From Paraspadella gotoi (Eukaryota; Animalia; Chaetognatha), in contig CM119264.1 of the NCBI GenBank assembly GCA_051294375.1, positions 21,341,045 through 21,405,044 on the forward strand: a DNA stretch of 64,000 nucleotides. The letters are read 5' to 3'. The position numbers were made by a program, and so were the translations under genes. Shown here in pieces: positions 27,386 through 41,968 of this stretch; position 1 is the stretch's first letter; every line of letters begins with the position of its first letter. A model generated the notes under the pieces. That model was given only the letters and a program-made list of their open reading frames with translations, did no database searches and had not been told where the DNA came from.

Positions 27386-27513
27386 CGTCGCAAACTGATG
27401 ACGTCGAATGCGCGGACGTCGACGCGAAAAACGTGGCGACGCGCCTTAGCGACGGCCATAGCAACGACGACGACGACGACGACGAGAATAACGAAGCCGA
27501 GGAGGACGAGTAG
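27386..27513 (+). CDS. Candidate acidic terminal exon (xSQTDDVECADVDAKNVATRLSDGHSNDDDDDDENNEAEEDE*)
   Basis: Long T tract then TTTCCAG| acceptor, phase 1, 41 codons to TAG at 27511-27513, GC-rich relative to its flanks. Confidence 0.35.
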
Positions 27514-27858
27514 ATCGACGACGACGACGACGACGACGAAGAAGAAGACGTGAGGGGAAACGCAAACGACGATTGTGACGGAAAAGACGATTTAAAGTAA
27601 AAGAAAAAACTATGTCGAGAAGATGACAACAAAGACAAAAATTTAAAATGGCAACGACATAAAGATAAAGATTAAATATATAATATAAAAACGAAAAAAA
27701 CATTTAAACTTAAAATTGGCTTCGTGGGGTCACCGACTGGGGATGACGACGATGGAGAAGACGACAACATCGACGAAAACAACGACGATGAAAAAGCTCC
27801 CTTGTCCCGATAAAGCGGCAAAGGATCAAGAGAACATTTTTATCCCACGTCAAAAGTG

Positions 27859-28997
27859 NNNNNNNNNNNNNNNNNNNNNNNNNNNNNNNNNNNNNNNNNN
27901 NNNNNNNNNNNNNNNNNNNNNNNNNNNNNNNNNNNNNNNNNNNNNNNNNNNNNNNNNNNNNNNNNNNNNNNNNNNNNNNNNNNNNNNNNNNNNNNNNNNN
28001 NNNNNNNNNNNNNNAGAGAGAGAGAGAGAGAGCGTTTCGCCATCTGGTGAGAGAGAAACCAATATCGAGGTTCTCCGTTGGAGAGGAAGCGAATTCGTCG
28101 TTAGAAATATTTTTGGGGGGGAACATCTTATCGTTAAAAATTTCTCTATTTCAAAGACTAAACATATTTCCTCATGCTATGATAAATTAATATTTTAATA
28201 ATGGTAATTATATTTTTTTTACAGATAATCTTTATTTTTGAGAGAGCTACGAGAACATTTAAAAAAATGTATATATACAACAAAAGTTTTGATAAAAGAG
28301 GCGGACATGTTTCGAACAGTTTTAACCAAACTGGGTCTTTCAAAAGTTTCGATCCTAACATTGTTTTAAAAATTATCATATTCATCCTTTTATTCTAAAA
28401 AGTACAAAGTTGTAAGATCGCCCTCCTTAAAAATACATCCCCATCAACCAAATGAATCCATGGGCGTGGCTTGGATCGCCAAAGACGTCACGTTTAATCC
28501 GCATGGCGCAGTTGGCGCGGCGCCGCAAAAGATGACGCTAGATGTCGGATTTGACGTAAATGATTTTTGAAAGGCGGGAAGGAGGGAAGGAGGGAAGNNN
28601 NNNNNNNNNNNNNNNNNNNNNNNNNNNNNNNNNNNNNNNNNNNNNNNNNNNNNNNNNNNNNNNNNNNNNNNNNNNNNNNNNNNNNNNNNNNNNNNNNNNN
28701 NNNNNNNNNNNNNNNNNNNNNNNNNNNNNNNNNNNNNNNNNNNNNNNNNNNNNNNNNNNNNNNNNNNNNNNNNNNNNNNNNNNNNNNNNNNNNNNNNNNN
28801 NNNNNNNNNNNNNNNNNNNNNNNNNNNNNNNNNNNNNNNNNNNNNNNNNNNNNNNNNNNNNNNNNNNNNNNNNNNNNNNNNNNNNNNNNNNNNNNNNNNN
28901 NNNNNNNNNNNNNNNNNNNNNNNNNNNNNNNNNNNNNNNNNNNNNNNNNNNNNNNNNNNNNNNNNNNNNNNNNNNNNNNNNNNNNNNNNNNNNNNNN
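27859..28997. other. Assembly gaps (156 N at 27859-28014 and 400 N at 28598-28997)
   Basis: N runs. Other gaps: 25 N at 9624-9648, 31041-31065, 34965-34989, 47008-47032 and 49164-49188; 10 N at 11909-11918. Confidence 0.99.
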
Positions 28998-31900
28998 GGG
29001 AAGGAGGAAGGAAGGGCTTTTGACGGAAGAGAGAGAGGAAATTACAGAAAAGAAAAGAAAAGAAAAGAAAAGAAAAGAAAAGAAAAGAAAGAAAACGTAA
29101 AGTGCCTGTAAAACAAACAGGAAGAAGCGAATAAAAAAATGAAAAAAAACAGCGTCGGGAAAAAAGGCGAATATTATTTAAAACTTGAATGAAAATTTCA
29201 AGAAAATAACGAAAAATACCTAAAAAGGTTGATAAACGAGAAAAACTTGAATGAAAAAAAAAGATAAAGAAATACTGAAAAAAATGGTTAAAAAAAATAT
29301 TATAGAGGCTCGACTATGGGACCGATCCGGTCGGCGGCGTCGGCGTCGGCATCGGCGTCGGAAGCGGCGTCGGCGTCGGAAGCGGCGTTGGCAGCGGCGT
29401 CGGTAAAAGTTGCAAAGAACCGCTGATTAATGGAGCGCGAAATTCCCGCGCACTCAAACTCGTTAAAAAGGTCATTTCGCTTTTTTCGCAAAATCTGTTG
29501 AAAAATAATGAGGCAAGAGACATGAAATAAAAATAATAAAAATATTGGGCTCTCCCAAGGCCAATCGGCTTTGGTTTCCACGGAGAGGGGGGACGGGAAG
29601 GAGAGAATGTCACAACATAAACGGCCCGCTTACCTTAAGTTCGACTTATCTAAGGTGAAAACGAGAAAATAGTGTAAAGTTAATTTTTTTTTAATTTAAT
29701 AATTTTTTAAAAAGACTTTACTGTTAACAAAATATTTATAGAGAAGAAAGACTTTAGGTAGGACCAAACTTTGTCAATGGGGTGGGTCACAAGTTTGATT
29801 TGGAAACCTTCCCAAATTAAACTTCATACTGAGAAAACTTTCAATAGACAAAAATTTTCTAAAATGGCGAGAAGCACTAGTAATTATTTTTTTTAATTTT
29901 ATTTTTATTTTTTTTTATAGATAGGAAATGTTAAAAAAAATTATTGAATTTTTTATTTTTAATAGCTTATGAAAAGTTGTCTACACAAAGTATAATTTTT
30001 TTTTCAATATTTTGATGATAAGTGGGTCAAAATTGGGAAAGGCCTAAAAAAAGCATCCTCATCATCATCATCTGATAATTTTAGTAGTTTTTGTTAATTT
30101 TTAGTAATAAAACATCAAAATTTTAAAAAGTTGTAATTACATTTTTTGCTTAACTTTTTGAGCTCTATCAGAATCAAATAAAAAAATAATAAATATTTTA
30201 ACACAATAACTAATACCAATAATGGATTCGTTTAAAGTTTTAATTTGGTCGGCTACCGCTACTTTAGGGTTCACAATCGTTTCTGTAATTCTTTCTTCGA
30301 TGCCAAAATTTAGGGATGAAGAATTAGTAAATGTTCGCTAAACCGTGCTACGCCGATATGTACGTCTTTTAACTTCATATCATATAATTTTTACACGAAG
30401 GTAATGACAAAATTCAACAGGAGCCAACAAAACTAAAATTAAAGTGGTGAGGAAGCTCATAAATTTTTCCACCCTTCGGATTTTCAAACCCAGTGTGCAA
30501 CTTGAAACGTTTTTTTTTTGCCATTTTTCGTTAATGAAGGTAATAAAAACCGCGCGTAGTTTTTTAGTTTTTTGACTCACATCGTCTTATTTATCGTCAT
30601 TTTTCTTTCGTCCAATTAAAACTAAATCCTTTCGACTGTGACTGGAGGAAAAAAAAAGATGAAGACGAGAGAAGACGAGCAGGATGCAGACGAAGAGGAG
30701 AGAGAGTAGAGAGAGAGAGAGAGAAGATAGAGAAGAGAGAGATGAGCAGAGAGAGAGAGGAAAGAGAGAAAAAAAAGAGGGGGGAGTGAAAGGAATCAAT
30801 TTTTACAATATTTTCCGCACAAGAAAATCGTTTTGTTATAACAAAACGTTACTTTATGTATAAAGATTTCATTTTTTGGACAATAATCCTTGGTTTAAGT
30901 TTCTGCGCATAAAAGAAATTTGTTGCGGTACGTATCCTTTTGCAGCTACTGAAATTTCCATAAACGCCCCTAGCGGATAAAATAAGAAGATTGTTCCGCT
31001 TTCTTAAAAAAATAGCAAATCGACAAATCGTATTTTTTTTNNNNNNNNNNNNNNNNNNNNNNNNNAGAGGAGAGCGGATACATTAGAGATGTCGTACTTG
31101 AATCTCGGACGGCGCCTTACCGGTTCTCCTTCCCTTTCCATCTCGAGAGAACAGCGACTCGAATCGGCGAGTAAAAAAGCCACCTATGTTGTATGATTCT
31201 ATATACTTCTTTTCTCTTTAGAGTGAACTTACTTACCATATACGAATTTGCATTAAAAGAGATAAGAGAAGGAAGGTACGAGAGATGAGGCGGAATGATT
31301 AGAGAATTTTATCTCTCATGAGTCGCCGCTCCATTGACAGCATTCCGTAGCGCTCGGTTATTCGAGCACCCGATGTCACTGAGCGCTAGGCACTGACGAG
31401 GTGAAGACGAATCGGCATGTTCGACTCTTCGCCGGGGACCTTTGAGTTTGAGTCAGAGCGTTCGGAGAGTCTGATATGTGTCGTGGACATCAGATTTGGG
31501 TGTGAGGGGCTGTGTAGAGTGTGCGTGCGACTCGATAATTAATACCCAGAGAGAGGAGACAAGGTAGCCCGTTGAGAATTGAAGTCCGACGAGAATGTTT
31601 GCGGCTAATTCGGAGGGGGAGGATCCTTCGCAGAAACGCGTGTGAGTGATCTTATAAGTGAGATAATTAGGTCTTATATACGTAGTAGTGGAGAGAGTTG
31701 AAGAGTGATTCGCTTTGTACATTGCGGATTAGGAAATTCCTTTGCCAAAACGGTGGCGTTATGTCGTCGAGGGTTGGTCTAGAATTCTCGGGGAGAAGGA
31801 GAACATCTGAGTATAATAGAATATTGTGTGTCTCAAACAAAGAAAAATATATTAAATTTCTTCAATAGAAGTGGTCGGACGTATCCGAGTGATCGCAGAT

Positions 31901-34032
31901 AGATTAATATTGGAGTGTTTGATATATACTCGGTATGAGTTTATATATTCTCAGTTCTTGTTGATATCCAGATATAAGAGAAGTTAGTGTAGGGACATTC
32001 GACATCGAAAGAAACTTGACGAAGGATATTTTCTTTATAATCCTTTGGTGGAAGTAGTCTGTTTGTACTGGTTGGTTATTGTGGAGGATTTAGGAAGGCG
32101 CCAAGGCTTCATTCCAGTTTTGAGTAAAGGCAAAAGCGAGATATATCATTTAGCAGATCACACATTACAGTCTTCATAACGACTATATCTTTAATAACCG
32201 GATTAATGTGGAGGTATTGACTAATATATCTACATAAGGAAAGAAAAGAATATGAGACGTCGCTCTTACTTATTATTGTTAGCCGATTAGTTCAGACCGT
32301 TTTTGTTGATGTGATGGGTTTTCTTTTTTTCTCACGCCTTACCTGTAAAAGTAAATTTAGAAAAATGAGAGAATTAATTCTTTTGATCAGGTATGCCAAT
32401 TATTATTGCGAGTATGGAGAGTGTAGATTATGAGAAATGCCTCAGTTTGAACCATGCGTTTCAAAAGCGAGCTAACACTTTTCAATATCCTTCACTACAC
32501 GAATATTACTATACAACATTTGACTCTGAGTTTAATTACTATTTACACCGAAAGATACTTGAGCTGCCCGCTCCTTTCCTTTTAATATAGGTCTCTGATA
32601 AGAGGAAACTTTTGTGTTCTTTCGTAGAGTTCGGTTTCAGGTTCCGATAGCTAGTCATCGCACCGTGGCGATACATTTTCTCTTGGGTGTCACCAGCACA
32701 AACCTATCATAGATTTTTCCTCATCCACCAAAAGAGGGAGTGAAAAAAATATAGCTTAAAAAATGTATAAAACAAGAACGGTAATTAATGTGAGCTCGTC
32801 GTCTCTTCTCGTGAGCAGAGAGGTTCATGTTCACTCGTGTATTTTCTCGTGTACATGACATGACGTTACATTGATCGTTACATGACCAACGATAACTTTT
32901 GAGACTACATGTACTACAATATACTATATATTCATTAAGCACATCATTCGTGTAATGTTGTATGACACCGCAACTGGCATCGGGAATTGTAATTTTTATA
33001 GTTTTATGACCGGAGGATTATTACCTTGTAAGGTCTATGCGAGTCTCGCAGTCCCTCAAATTTTGAGTTTTATTTCTTTCTTAATACAATGAGCAACCAA
33101 ATATATGCAAGCTTATGAGTAAGGTGGCGGACAGTACCGACGTACAGACAGACCGACACGACCGCCGAAACGTGCATATATATATTAGACGATAGGTGCA
33201 GTCACTAAAGAGTACATGTCCTATATATTTATTTGATCCTTTTTTTTATGTTGAGTATAAGCAGGAACGAAAGATGTAATTATAAATTAATCTCACAGGG
33301 GGTAATACGGAGAAAAGAATAAAGCAATGATGAGAGAAAAAGATAACAAATAAAATATGGCATTGTTGCATACGCGTTGAAGAGAAAAAAAATTTTGACC
33401 TTGCCATAAGTGGAGAGAACGAGGATGAAGAGATAATGCCCGCAAGTGCTCAAGGTGAAACAGGTATAAGGAAAAAGGTAAACTTGGCATTGTGTCATAA
33501 AGTGGACCGAGCAGAAATACATTTAAGAAAGTGCCATCAAGTAGAGAGAAAAGGAAGCAAATGACGCAATATGGGGCTTTGACTTTGAGAGCAGCATAGA
33601 TATCTCATCGGATAGGCACGAGGAATATATGGGAAGAGGAGAAAAGGTCTAATAGAGCGTTTTCCCAATGGGTGAGTGTTGTTTTTACGAGGTCGGCTAA
33701 TGCTTGGGCTTTTAACGGGAGCGGGATTCGGGAGGAAGGAATAGTTGGCGTGAGGGCATGAAGGTCAGTCCTCGAAGGCGTAGTCGGCCGCGCGGGAGAA
33801 GGAGAAGCGAGGGGGAAAGGTGGGAGGAGTCGAGGGGGGGGGAGAGGGCGGTGACGAGCGGGAACATATTTGTGGGTCAGAGGGAGGACACAAATACGCG
33901 ATGCTGACAGAATAAAGATTTAGGGAAGAGAAAAAGGATAAAAAAGATAGGAAAAAAAAAAAGAGTAACGAAAAAAGAATTTAAAAAAAGAAAGCGCTCC
34001 TAGATTCTGAGGGAGGCTATTATGTGGGATCA

Positions 34033-34108
<76 letters not shown>

Positions 34109-35591
34109 AGAAGAGAGAGAGAGAGAAGAGAGAGAGAAAGAATAAGAAAGAAAAGAGGGTTGTCCGTGAAAAAAGTATGAAAAGACGTGATGCGTTTGGG
34201 AGAGAGAGCGTCATGTCATGTCACGAGAAATACACGTGAAAAGACCGTCACTGCGGCGAAACTCACATTAATTACCGTTCTTGTTTTCTTTTTTAAGCTA
34301 ATTTTTTTCACTTTTTTTGTGATGGAAAAATCTATGTGGTTTTGGGCTGGACCCCAAGAGAAAATGATCGCCACGGGGCTTCGGAACCTGAAACCGTAAC
34401 CTCGAAGAACCAAGTTCCTCTTTGCTTTTTAAAAGGAAAGAGGGCGCAAGTTTAAAATAGTAAAATTAGTCAAGTGATAAACGAGAAAAAGTTTAGGCTT
34501 TTTTGATTCAACGAAATTTTACTATAAACTGTTACGGCAAAAAATAAATGCAACGTCAAAGATTTTTTATAACTCTTTTACAGCTGACCATCACAGTGAT
34601 ATCGCCAAAAAGTTGGTATCTTTCTTTCCTTTTATTTTTTAATACCCTTACCGGTAAAGTCTTGAAGAGTTGGAGCGTGTATCTCGCGTTTTCTTTAATA
34701 ATTAATGAACTGGCGCCTCATCCTCCACAAACAACAGTCAACAGCTCATTCCCCAAGGTTTAAAAAAAACGCAAGTTTCTTCGAGTTCAAATGTACTCAC
34801 AATTTAATTTGTAAAAAAATATAAATACGTATAAATCTATTTAACTTACGCGAAACAGTACGCACCGATAATCAATCAAGAGATTAATATTTTTTTTTTG
34901 TTTAACACTTTTATTCGATTCTATCAGCCGAGAATTTTATAATACGCAAATCCCTTTTCATTTCNNNNNNNNNNNNNNNNNNNNNNNNNAAAGAAGAGAT
35001 GAATGATCCGAGAGGCGCGACAGGAATTAGCAGAGATAGAAAGTTTTTTTCATTCTTTTTTTTTGTCGGCAGAATCGGTGCAGCAAAGCGGCTATACCGT
35101 ACTGCTCCGCTGTGTCGGTCCCGGTTGCGATTTTAAAGACGAACCATTAAAAAACCCACATTTAAATGGTCTATTTGAGAAGTATAGCAAGGTTTATGAC
35201 AAGAAAAAACGATTTTAAAGTCTGCAACTTTGCACATATTCACATTTTTATTCTCGCTTATTTGTAAAGTTACAATTTAGAAAAAAAAACAGTGTTTTTT
35301 TGTTTTATTTAATTTTTAAATGATTTTTTAATTTCAATTAATTTCAATTCCCGTCAGAAGAATTCCGTGACTTTGGGGTTGGGAGTCATCTTGAATTTTT
35401 CCTTCAAGCCCCCGAGGAATATCTTCTGCTCTGTTCTCTCGCCTCTCTTACGCTCACTCTCACTCTCTCTCTCTTACGGCCTCTCTCTCGTTCTCTCTCT
35501 CTTCTCCTCAGCTCTCCTCCATCCTCTCTCTCTCTCTCCTCTCATCTCTCTCTCTCTCTCTCTTTCTCTCTCGTCTCTTCTCTTCTCTCTT

Positions 35592-35631
<40 letters not shown>

Positions 35632-36225
35632 CGCCCATCCGAAAAATCGGGGAGAAACGCAGGCCAATAAAATTGGAGAAAAAAAGTGGGAAGTTAAATA
35701 ATGAAATAAATAAATAAAAACGAAATAAAAACGGATGGAAAATAAAAAAAATTTCCGTCAGCATCCGGCGAAAATTCTTTTTTTGGCCGACATTAAGGGA
35801 GACCAGCAGACATTAAGGGCAGACCCGACAGCGAGCGTTATTACCAGCCAGAAAAATAAAATCGGTTATAATATTGGCCTCATAATATAATATGGCCCGG
35901 CATATGGTAATTCCAAGATTTCCACCTGCGCAATTTGCCTTAACTTAGAATTTTTCGTCATGATTAGTTGTTATTTTTTCCCTTGGTGCAACGTGCTTTC
36001 TCTCTCCCTCTCCATCTCCTCTCTCTCTATCTCTCTCTCTCCTTTCTTGATTTTGTTCATATATATTTCTCTTGTAGAGATTTGCAACGCCATCGTGAAA
36101 AAAATTTATTTTTCTAATTTTTTTATGATTTTATTTTTAAAAAAAAATTATAACTTATTATAATAATTTATAAGCTCACCCCAGTTAACCGAAATCGTAA
36201 TAAAAAAACTTGTTTCAGAAATATA

Positions 36226-37207
36226 CAGATCTGCTCAAAAAAAAGTTTAATAGTTATGATAAAAGCATTTTAATTTGTTATTTGAAGGAAAAATAGTAAC
36301 TTTTTAGGACTCAGTTATATTAATACATTGTCAACCATTATTAGCTTCCGCACACTCCCTGCAATGAGGGAGAGAGTTTGTAGGGGCTGCACAAATATGA
36401 AGGGTATACAGCCTCCCAAAATTCATTTTAAATTTTTTTAGATTTTTGTTGACTGTCATGGCGTTATAACTGCAAATATCCCTTTTCATCCTTGACCAAA
36501 CATTTTCGATGAACTTGCAGTCAGTAAGTTTCTGGACAACTTTGAGCACCTCGATCCAATTTTCCTCATGACATTTTTGAGTGGTTTTAGCTTTGTATGC
36601 AAAAGAGTTTATCCGCCATGAAAAGTCGCCCATTCACTGTTGAACAACTGGCACACTTCTCTTCTCTTTATTTTTTTCCACAACTGGCTTTTAGAATCCT
36701 TACAATCTTGAATTGCGAAGACTATGCCACATCAATGTTCTCACCTCTCCGGGGACAAGCAGGCGCCTGCTTTTCCAACAGCATGTTCAAGGTGTCCAGT
36801 TGCTTCAAATTTTGTTGACAACTCTGCTGATGGTTGTTAGAGGGAAATAAAACTGCTGGCGATCCTATACTCTTGACAACCTCCTTCCAAAGCTCAACTA
36901 TTGCAGCTTTTCCTTTTGGGGGATCAGCTGTTTTGAAGTTTTTCATGATACAAAAACATTAAAAAAACAAAAAACAAAGATGGATAAAAAATGTTTTTGC
37001 AAAAAAAATGTAAGACAAATTTTTGATCCTTTTTTTGATTTTAGCACATCTTCTATAATATTTTAGCCTAAAAACCTCCTCATGGACTGGGAATGAAAGA
37101 TATTTGTTTTTGGCTTTCGAATGAACCTAAATTTTAATTAATAGACGAACAGACAAGCGAGATAGTAGGGGGTTCAAAGTTTAAACTTTTTTTTAAAGGC
37201 AGATCTG
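36226..37207 (-). mobile_element. Tc1-family DNA transposon, internally deleted (left-arm copy)
   Basis: TA|CAGATCTGCTCAAAAAAAAGTTTAA ... TTAAACTTTTTTTTAAAGGCAGATCTG TIRs. Transposase remnant on the - strand. Confidence 0.88.
36320..36946 (-). pseudogene. Tc1 DD34E transposase remnant (frameshifted)
   Basis: Fragments KAAIVELWKE, YKAKTTQKCHEENWIEVLK and DCKFIENVWSRMKRDI. Reverse complement of 45787-46409. Confidence 0.85.
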
Positions 37208-39107
37208 TTAATAAGCAACAAATCTTTATAAAAAAAAATGGAGTTTAAAAGAGATTTAAAAAACCTTTCATAAGAACATTTAATATAATTTTAAAAATTT
37301 TAAAAAATATAATAACATAAAAATAACGCATCTATTTGTGCTTTTGTTGGTATGGCGCCGGACGAAAAAAAAAACAGAGAAAACAAGAAGAGGTAATAAA
37401 TCAATAACACGATATAAGTATATTAACCGCCTCTGGAAATTGGGGAAATAACTTTTACTCCGTAATCTTTTTTGGTCTTTTTAAATTATGCCTATGTATC
37501 ATCTGGGTTGTTTTGTAAAACCAATGGCGATAAATTAAAATGACATACATGGTGTTTCCCTAGAAACGGTTCTCGTCCCTCCGCTGTCGCACCATTCTTG
37601 GGAAAATGAAAGTTCATATTAACCAAGTCGGGTTTCTTTGTCTGGCCGCTATTAATAAATTTCGTCCAATTTTACTTATAATTAATTTTTTTTCGTTTTA
37701 TTCTCATTCATTTTTTCTCACTATAATATATATATAATTATATATATATAAGTATATCTCCCTATCTCTCTCCCTATCTCTCTCTTCTGCTCTCTCTAGT
37801 CTCTCTCTCTCTCTCTCTCTATCTCTCAGTCTTCTCTCACTTCCATTCGCACCGTTGCTTTTTTTTTCTCACCTGCTCCTAATTGAGTGGGATTCGATCT
37901 GCTGCGTTCTTCGCTCTCATTCTCTTCGCCGCTCAATTCTTTATTGTCATTGATCGCATCAAACGTGTCATAGTTTTGTAGTATGGTAATGAAAGACGAA
38001 ATGATGATAAATGAATCATAAGGAGAAAAAAGAAGAATTAGAGGCAGGAGGCCAAAGTTGATCCTTGGAGATCTTATGTCTCGAAGATTCATGATTGTTT
38101 TCATTTTTCTCGCATTTTCGCTTCATTTTCGTAACTGAAGATTGGACTCTCGAATAAAAATTAATTTTAGAAAAACCTGCTTTTGTAACTAACCACCTGG
38201 AGTTATGACCCGTGAGAATCACAATTCGTCATTTGCCCTTTACCCAAGGTTTTTCTCACCTCCACTTTCCATCACGCACGCCTTACCATCATTTCACAGT
38301 CTCAGCCTTTCTCTCACCCCGGTCGGTCCCTCCTTCTCGCCTTTCCCGAGATTCCAATTTAATCCTGGTCGCCAATTTTCGGGACGCCTCTTCTCGTATG
38401 TTTTATATACCTGATTCTCATCTTTGATTCTTATTATAGTATCTCGATCGCCTGATGCTTGTTCCTCGATCCCTGATCATTGATCTTAGATCCCTGATCA
38501 TTTGGATGCTAGATCCGCTGATCCTCCAAGCAGATCTTTGACTCCTGATTCTTAGTCAGAGCTTTGCTTCTGCGGATCTCCGATCCTCAATTTTCAATTC
38601 TCAGACCACGTCCTAGTAAAAGTCCTATCTTTTAAACTTAAATGATAAGATCCTCAGATCGAGAAATGAATTTTTTTAAAATATGAATAATGGTTTCTGT
38701 GAAAATGACCTTACAAAACATCATCTAATATCTCCTCATTAGTTTGTTGAATTGTAAGCCTCAAATATTTTAAGCCTCGATCAACCGCCCACCTCAGCAT
38801 AGCACACCTGCACACAGACAACCCCCGCCTCCTCCGTTTCACCGCCTCAAGCACTGATTCATCAAATTTTCTTGTTTCGTGGGGGACCGCGGAAATACCC
38901 GTCTCCCAGGATTCTTTGATTTTGACCTTTTTGACCTTTTGACCCCCTCCGCGATTCCTCGCGCCGTCACTCTCCGAGCGGAGGCCCCATCTTCCCAACC
39001 CGCCCTCTCACCACCTTCCAAAATTCCTCACTGGTTCTTGTTCCTCTCTCTCTACTCTCTCCTCTCTCTCTCTCTCCTCTCTCTCGCTCTACTCTCTCTC
39101 ATGTCTC

Positions 39108-39139
<32 letters not shown>

Positions 39140-40877
39140 ATATCTGAGAGCCCCGTCGATGCTCTTTTGTCCTCTCACTCGGAGTCAAGGAGTTGGGTGG
39201 ATGGAGAGAAGAGGATAAGTGAACTACAGTTAAGAACAAAAACCCGTGGGAGAAGAGGAAGATGAAGAAGAGGAGGAATGTAGTCTAGAGATTGGTGAAG
39301 AAGGAGGACGAGGAGGAAGGAGGAGGACGAGGAAGAGGTAGAAGGTCGAGACGAAGACGAAGAAAATGTAACAACTTTTTTTTTCTTTTCTTCGAATTCT
39401 CGTTGTGGATGGAATTTCGCAGTCTCTCGAGATGGATAAGAGGGAAAAAAAAGGTTTGGAAAAAGATGACGTCGAAAATGCAACGGAGGCGAAAAATCTG
39501 GGAATAAGGATGCAAAATGTTTAAGCTAAGTGTGACAAAACAAAAATCAAAGATTATATAAATGATAGTTTTAGTAATATTGCTTATAGTAGAAGGTTTT
39601 ACAAAAAAATTGTAAAATATAAAAGTAAAAATAAATTGTTTAGAACAAAAAGCGCGTGAAAAATTCGAATGCGATTTTCGAATATTTTTCGAAGACATCT
39701 TCTTGAGGATAGCGGAGTCGAAAACCCGATGAGTTCTTTTTTTTGTACAAGAGAAATCGAAACCTTGACAAATGAATCTTTTTTTTATCTAGAAATTCCT
39801 CAAGAATTTAATTTCTTAATAATTTTTTTTTTGTCCGAGGAGGGGGGGGACACGAGGAAAAGCTGAGTCTTTCAACAGAAAAATCCTAGAATGCTGAGGT
39901 CAAAAAGGAATTAAGTCACTCGTTCGCACCTTCGCAATGGAGAATGGGGGGGGCTTAGCTTCCAGCGACTGTCTGGGCGACGAAATTCCGTGTCCCATTT
40001 CCACCAGGATCTCACGGTTCTTCCAATCTCCTCCTTCGGCGTTGAGGGCGGTGACGTAATGACTCCTACTTTTCTTTCTCTTAATTGAGTAGGAATTCAA
40101 CAACGTAGGAATGTACGTAGAAAGTTGAAGCCACTAAATTCCTTGTTTTGAATTTGTTTTGTCAAAAGTATTCACAGAAAATTAACCTGTTTGAAACCAA
40201 AAATGATGACATTTGAAAAAAAAGACAAGAGGCGGAGAAGGCGCTTATTTTGTTAAACGTATGGCACGCTGCCACTGCTTTGAGTTTATCGACTCTCTAA
40301 GCTTTTCGGAGCTAAAACCTTTTGGTAAAGTAAAAAAAAAACGTGAAATATCACTTAAGGTGAAGAACACTGAGAAATGCGTTGATATTTTTACTGGCAA
40401 GAATCGATTGATTTTGTCGCCCCAAAGCAATCGCAGAAATTTCTTGGGTCTTCAAACTAAAGTAAAGTGGGAAGAAAGAGGTAAGCCGTGAGGGTGAGAA
40501 TGTAACGTAAGTTTGTTGGCGAGAAAGAGTGAAAAAGTAGATTTCGTGAGAAGAGGGGTGACCGGGTTGGGTGAAGGAGCCGAGCAGGCGAATCCGCATT
40601 TGGTGAGGGGGCGCTTGTGAAGACGGCGTTGGTCCCTCGTGAGAAGGGAAAGCTTGAAGCGACTAACGCGTGACCTTATGACGTCCTAGTGACAGAGACT
40701 GATGAGCGAAGAGTGGAAAGCGATCGCTCAAAGGGGGGTTACGGTGGGGGGGGGGCGATTCTAGGGGGCTTTGTGAGTTGGTGGACGCCTGGAGGATACG
40801 ATTTGCAATACGAGATAAACGAATGAAGGGGGAAAGAAAGAAGAAAAGAAAGAAAGAGAGAGAGAGAGAGAGAGAGT

Positions 40878-40914
<37 letters not shown>

Positions 40915-40916
40915 AA

Positions 40917-41002
<86 letters not shown>

Positions 41003-41862
41003 GAGAGGAAGAGGATTTCAATAAAAAATTCTCTGGGAAAAAGAAAATAAGAGAGTCACAGAAGGTTGAGAAAGATAACAAAAAAAAAGTATATATACTT
41101 TTCTTTTGTATCATAAGACGTTTTATTTACCGTCGCAACTCTATCTCCCCTGACGACGACAACAAGAAAGACGAAAAACAAAGTAAGAACCAAAAAAGAG
41201 ATAAAAAACCTTTGTTGTTCTAGTATTTCCCCAGCTTCTTTCCTCAGATTGATAAAAAAGGGAAGAAGGGATCGGAATGGGAATATAAATAGCGATTCTA
41301 CTTGGTAAACTCGATGCCCATGCGTGGCTTCGAAGAGCGCTCGCGTGACGGGGCATTTGAAGGCGGCGAGGTGGGACTGATGGTGTGAGGGGCGGAGGGG
41401 CGAGAGGGGGGAGGTTCCTTGAAGGTGTGATTAATCAAAGGTAAGGCGGAAACGAGGTGAAATCACGCGGCATCGAGTTTACCAATAGAATCGCTATTTA
41501 TATTCCGCATCCGACTCCTCTTCTTCCCTTTTTTTTATCAACTGAGGAAAGAAGCCGGGAATATAGAACAACAAAAGGTTTTTTATCCCTTTTTATGGTT
41601 CTTACTTTTTTTTTCGTCTTTCTTGTTGTCGTCGTCAGGGAGATAGAGTTGCGACGGTGATAAAAACGTCTTATGATACAAAAGAAAAGTATATATACTT
41701 TTTTTTTATCTTTCTCAACCTTTCTGTGACTCTCTTTTTCTTTTAACCAGCCTCGATATGAATTAATTATTTATTGAGATCTCTTCTCCTCTCTCGTCTC
41801 TTATCTTCTCTCTCTCATTCTCTCTCTCTCTCTCCTTCTCTCTCTTTCTCTCTCTCTCTTCT

Positions 41863-41968
<106 letters not shown>

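Noticed and set aside
29300-29613. ORFs with DAAADA or PTP repeats
   Set aside because: A degenerate (GGCGTC)n hexamer repeat that is open in several frames, with no consistent splice structure.
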